Source of the DNA: Vitrella brassicaformis CCMP3155
Taxonomy: Eukaryota > Protista > Chromerida
Length of the DNA: 64,000 nt
NCBI GenBank assembly: GCA_001179505.1
Contig: CDMY01000255.1
Coordinates: forward strand, 186,001 to 250,000
Direction: 5' to 3'
In this document: positions 59,237 to 64,000 of the stretch, piece by piece
How positions within the stretch are numbered: the stretch's first letter is position 1
How the letters are laid out: every line of letters begins with the position of its first letter
Notes under the pieces: generated by a model
Told to the model about the DNA's origin: nothing
Database searches by the model: none
The model's input: the letters and a program-made list of their open reading frames with translations, nothing else
Translations under genes and position numbers: made by a program

Positions 59237-62200
59237 TCATCCCCGCCTGTCTTTGTTGCGCTTCGCTTCCCGTCTGAGGTCATCCGTGTAGCTGACACAC
59301 TTCCGTGTCAACTTGTCCCGCATCTCTGGCTCGAGGCACCGGGCCGCGAATGGATGCACTCGCAAGCCCGCATGGGACAGCAGGGCCTCGTTCAGAGACA
59401 CACTGTCGTCCACAGCAGTGCGAGGCATCCTCACGGCACACACAGACACCTCCGACCTTCGATGCAAGACACAGTCACGCACGTGGCACAGCTTCCAGGC
59501 AAAGCACGTCCTCACTGCCACGAAGCCGCGTGACTGCAGCTCCTCCCCGTCTGCCTCAGTGACGAGTGAAATGGGGCGGCGGCGAATGAGAAAGATACCA
59601 ACCCCATCATCCCTCTTGACAACACGTCCGTGCTCGATCACAATGCACTTGAGGAATGGGCACTTGTCGATGGCCCGCAGACAGGCCGGCAAGATGCCCG
59701 ACAAAACTGTGCTGCTCTCTGGCTGCCCTTCCTCATGTACCCATGACCCCTCTGGCTGGCGCTCGACGTTGAGAGTGATCTTGCGTATGCGCTTCTCTAC
59801 TCGCTGATGCCCGTCCCCACTGCCCTCACCTCCGCCCTCCCACAGCGACCATGCACCAGCACCACCCGCACGGTAGATGCCCTCTACATGGACAAGCGGG
59901 AGCCCCTTCTGGCAGTTTCTCAGGCACAGCGGGAAAAAGAACCGCCCGGGCGGCGATCCCTCCCTCCCAAAACGCACCTCTCTGAGCGACGGCAGGTCTA
60001 CGGCCTTGCTGACTGGCTCCTCTCTCACCCTCTCTGTCCAGCCCAGGAGGAGTGTGGTGATGCGAGGGAAGTGGCGATGGGATATGTGTTCTAGAAAAAC
60101 GTCGGGCAGCGGCTCAGAGGCGTCCCCGCAGCCCGTCAGCTCTAGAGTGGTGGCATGTGGAAACGACAGTCGACGCAGACACGACAGCCTGGCAGATGAG
60201 ACGGTCTGGCCTTGAGTCAGCCCCGAAGGAAGGGCGACAATCTTGACGTCACGGGCGATCTCGATGACGGCGTCAGCCCAGGAGGGGTGGCTCTCCATGC
60301 GGCTCAAGTTGTCCATGGTGTGGAAGACGACGCTCGGCGTGACGTCGAAGGTAACCTTCCCATTGGGGGCCATGGACTTGTCGCGAAATAGGTCCACGCT
60401 CTGACACACAACAGCAGCGGACACAGACGTGACACTAAGTATTCCATTCCACATGTACATGTGCTCGCTCATCAGGTCCCTCACCTCAAACAGGTCATCA
60501 CTGATCAGCTGCTCAGTCAATGTCACGCCGAGCTCCTCCACCTGCGCACCCTCCAGCGGCGAAAATCTCTCAACTCCCCCGCGAAACCTGACTCCGGTGA
60601 TTCGCCTGAACACACAGAGCCCGGGTTTGGTGATGTCATGCGAGCCACCCAGCCAGCCAGTCTTGCTGCTCACTTGAGTGTTGGCTGTAAGAGGTCTGAC
60701 CAAAAGGTCGGACGAGTGGCCGCAGAGATCGTTCCCGATGAGCTCGGCGCTGTGTCGTGGACGTGGAGCTCAACCAGAGACCTGAGAAGCAGCGGCAGGA
60801 CACAAAACAGACAGAGAATGCATAGGGCCCCTCTGTCGCCAAATCGCTCATGCTTACGTCATCTTCCACCGTCGCAGCTTTCGCCATGGTCCGCGGGTAA
60901 CGTCCTGCTTGGTCGTGTTGACCGTTCTCCAGTGTCGGTCCACCTCAGCCCGCTTGAGCTTCGGAAAGACGACCGCTTCCGACTCTTCTGGCGTCGGGAA
61001 GATCCGCTCGCCGAAGAAGAGGAGCCGCTCGTCGAGTGGTCCGATGTGGTCCCTGCCGAAATCCCATCCCTCGCAGTCGTCCTCGATGTGCACACTGCGA
61101 TGGGACTGATGCGCGTGGAGCTCCTGCAGTGTGTTGCTTGCGTGCTCCAGCAGCTGGAACACCCTCGTGCTGGGGTTGCAGTCCAGGCGGGCCCGAGTGG
61201 TCCTGCTGAATGCCGGGCCCCACGCAGCCACCTGCTGCCCGGTCAGCTTGGTCTGGTCGCTGCGGCCCCTCTGCAGGTCCATGTTGGTGTGCATGGCGGG
61301 GCTGTGGGAGAGGGCGTGGAGAGATGTGTGGGTGCGGGAGAGGCTGCCGACGATGGCCTGTGTGCCGAGGTGGGGGGCGATGTGGCTGGTGACGGACAGC
61401 TCGGCCAGACGGATGAGGAGAGGGCAAACGTACGACGACTGCACAGACAAACACACACACACAAGAGATGTGTCTGCATGAAGCGGGCGCATGTAGTGAG
61501 TGTCTGCTCCGCGAGTCGGTGTACCGGTTGCCGTATGGTAGCAGCTATCATGTCGCATTTGGCGTGTGCGAGGTCGGCGAGGGAGCTAGTGTTCCGCTGG
61601 TGCCGGACGTCGTCAGCGATCTTGGTGACTATGTTGCTAAGTGCCGCAAACTGACCGCAGACATGCTGACAGCACAGCCAACACCAGATGTGTGGACGTG
61701 TGCTCCGTAGCGTAATGGGTGGCCTCCTCACCTGTTTGAGGCCGTCGTTGTCTGTCTGTGGCGAATTCGCTAACTCACTCTTGAGCTCAGACACACTCTC
61801 AACCTGACACAGCCCAACAGACGAGCAGCACATGTCAAGCAGTCTGTGACACACTGAACTAGTGCTTTACCTTGCGATGGAGGTCCTGCATGTGTTGCTT
61901 CAAAACCGCTACGACAGCAGCCGGCACAGGCGAGTCCTGAGGAGAGGAACGAAAACGAGGGAGAGCAGCAAATGAGTCGTCTGTCCACACCACTCACTGT
62001 CGGCAGGACTCACCTCCCTCGTCACGCTCTCGATGCACGGCCCCTGTCGCAGGGGGATTTCGGGTTCCTGGCAGAGGGAAAACGGCGAGTACAGCGGGGC
62101 GAAGTCGTCCAGCATCTGTGGGGGCACATGCTGGAACAGGTCGACGACCAGCTGGACCGCCTCATGCTGCACACGCTGAGGAAACCATTCCCACAGTAGG

Positions 62201-62618
62201 GTATCCTGCAGCACCACAGCAGACAGGGGAAAGGTAGATACGACACACCACACACATGACAGACGGCTGGCTGGGTGGGTGCTGTGCAGTGGTGTGATGT
62301 GTACCAGGAAGGTCGGATCTTGGCGTTTGATGACAGCCTCGGTGTCACGCATCTCCTGGGTGCCCCGAAGCGCCACGAGCCACTCACGCAGCAACTGCAC
62401 CGAACAAACGGATGGACACACACCATGCATCTCGCTGCCCGGCCACATGCAGTCTGTGTGTATCCCTGCCTGCCCCTCACCTCGGGCTCCTGGTGCATCA
62501 GCGCCTTCAGCTTCCAACACACCAAATCCGGCGTGTCGCCGTACACGTCCGGCATCTCTAACCCACGCGCCGCGATGCGCTGAGCCAGATGGGCCCGCGG
62601 ATCCGTCCGAGAGGCCAT
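59237..62618 (-). CDS. Multi-exon protein with a coiled coil, an F-box-like segment and a degenerate LRR-like C-terminal region (start tentative)
   Basis: Exons MASRTDPRAHLAQRI..., VESVSELKSELANS..., LIRLAELSVTSHIAPHLGTQAIVGSLSRTHTSLHAL, and the 488-aa terminal ORF with LRRLSFPHATTLEL, FPRITTLLL and LPSLREVRF. Confidence 0.5.
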
Positions 62619-62945
62619 GTCGACTCGTGAATGTCACCACGCCAACCACAGAGGCGCCTGTAGAAGTCGATGAATGAATCGTCAATTTTGAGCATTGGCC
62701 TTCCTCCCTCGTCCAGCCGTACCTGTCCGATGCCGTCAATAGCCCTCGGCAGGGGCTGGCGGCACCAGCCGAGGCGAAAGGCACCAAGAGAAAACTGACC
62801 GCTACAACTGAATTTGATGGCTGGTTTCGCTGCATCAAGGTGCCTCACAGCACAGCGCGTTCTCCCATGCCTCTCTTTCCGCCCGAAACGAAAGCTCGCA
62901 GATCGGCTGCGAGCTAAGCGAAACCAGCGATTGCAAGAAAGCATT

Positions 62946-64000
62946 ATGGGTGTATCATCGCTCAGCGACGAGAGCAGACAAAGGACGGCTGTCTTGCTGC
63001 TCATCGCCTGCATCCCCGTGGCCTGCAACGCGAAAGATCAGCCGGCTGTGCGGCGCAATGATCTGCGTGCACCAAGCCCGGGGACGACAGGAGCAGCGAT
63101 GGCATCGGCTCCTTGGTCAGCAAAATGCATGAGCAAACACACATAGCAAGTCATCGGCTGTTGTCTTGTGATTTGATTCATGTGTGCAGGTGGGCCACTG
63201 TCATCTCCAACGTGACGCGCAAGACCCAGGCGCTTCTTTCCAATGAGCTCGTTCAGACCAGCACCGCTCAGGAGCCTTTGGCGGATCTCTTCAACGCGCT
63301 CGCAACCCTGCTGACATCGACAGAGTTCGCAGTCGTCAGTCCGCATCCCCGCGGCCCTCACCCTCTTCGCACGTCCATCCAGCGGGCCAAGCGGGCCCTC
63401 ACAGTGCTGTCTGAAGTCGCGCTATTCGCTCTCCGTGCTCGCGCCGTCGAGCGATTCACCGACGCCAAGACTGCCTCCAAGGTCCGCGCTGCATTGTTGG
63501 CAGATCTGTTCACCCGTCTGGGCGGCCTGTGGCCGAAGGTGGCTCAGGGTCTGAGTCAGCGTCCTGACGTCATTGAGTCGCCAGACTTATTGGCGGAGCT
63601 GTCACGTGCGCAGGAGAGGTGCAGGGCCAGGGATGTGCGGCAGGTGCGGAGGATCGTCAGCAGGGAGGCCCCGCTCCTCGACGCACACTACGACATCGAG
63701 GCGCCCGAACTCGCAGCCGGTCAGGAGGGCAGAAAGAATGGGAGAAGGCGAGTCTGCAAACGGACAAAGACTGTATTTATCTTCCTCAGGGTCCATCGCC
63801 CAGGTCCACCGAGCCACCAGGCGGCCGGATGCTCCTTCCTCCCTCCCTCCCACCCTTGCTGTCAAGATCAGCTTCCCCCACACACGGGCTCAGATGCACT
63901 CGGACTTCGACCTGCTGGCCCACCTGGCCGACAAGGGCGTTCTCCCAGAGCTTAAGGACGCATGGCCGTGTGTCAAGGAGCTCAAGCGGTCCCTTTTGGC
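62946..64000 (+). CDS. ABC1/UbiB (ABC1K/ADCK) atypical kinase with a signal-peptide-like leader; runs off the window
   Basis: LGGLWPKVAQGLSQRPD (KxGQ region). After the intron at about 63720-63790 the frame reads AAGSIAQVHRA...LAVKISFP...SDFDLL. Leader MGVSSLSDESRQRTAVLLLIACIPVACNA. Confidence 0.85.

Noticed and set aside
1-64000. tRNA, rRNA, transposase or reverse-transcriptase genes
   Set aside because: No recognisable cloverleaf, rRNA block, DDE or RT motifs were found by eye. A covariance-model scan would be needed to exclude small ncRNAs.

Overview
A GC-rich, intron-dense eukaryotic window. Introns are 50-140 nt, carry (CA)n/(GACA)n/(TCCA)n microsatellites and often end in 'gtgtgtgcag'. 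It encodes bipartite plastid-targeting leaders and a BBSome gene, so it is most consistent with the chromerid alga Vitrella brassicaformis (inferred, not verified). About 15 genes can be reconstructed by hand-splicing, mostly arranged as tight head-to-head pairs. Half of the window (15551-47563, minus strand) is one giant gene of roughly 9,000-9,700 aa (estimate). Its order is: signal segment, about 60 IPT/TIG-like Ig folds, CPxGxYC (GCC2/GCC3-type) cysteine repeats with RRL-containing linkers, a module of about 10-12 transmembrane helices, and a cytoplasmic tail with IQ-like repeats and a CxxC/CxxC pair. Its start codon lies only 135 bp from that of the ciliary trafficking gene BBS4. Other genes are a myristoylated PKA regulatory subunit with a 21-nt micro-exon, an EXD3/Mut-7 exonuclease with a Mut7-C domain, a disrupted kinase-like gene, VIPP1 paired with an unknown plastid-targeted gene, a cyclin-fold gene, an ABC1-family kinase, three F-box-like lineage-family genes and a small secreted protein. 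A secreted coiled-coil gene is present twice, about 47 kb apart and inverted; one copy is 5'-truncated and flanked by direct repeats. There are two 300-N assembly gaps. I found no tRNA, rRNA, CRISPR array or autonomous transposon. All exon structures were derived by eye.
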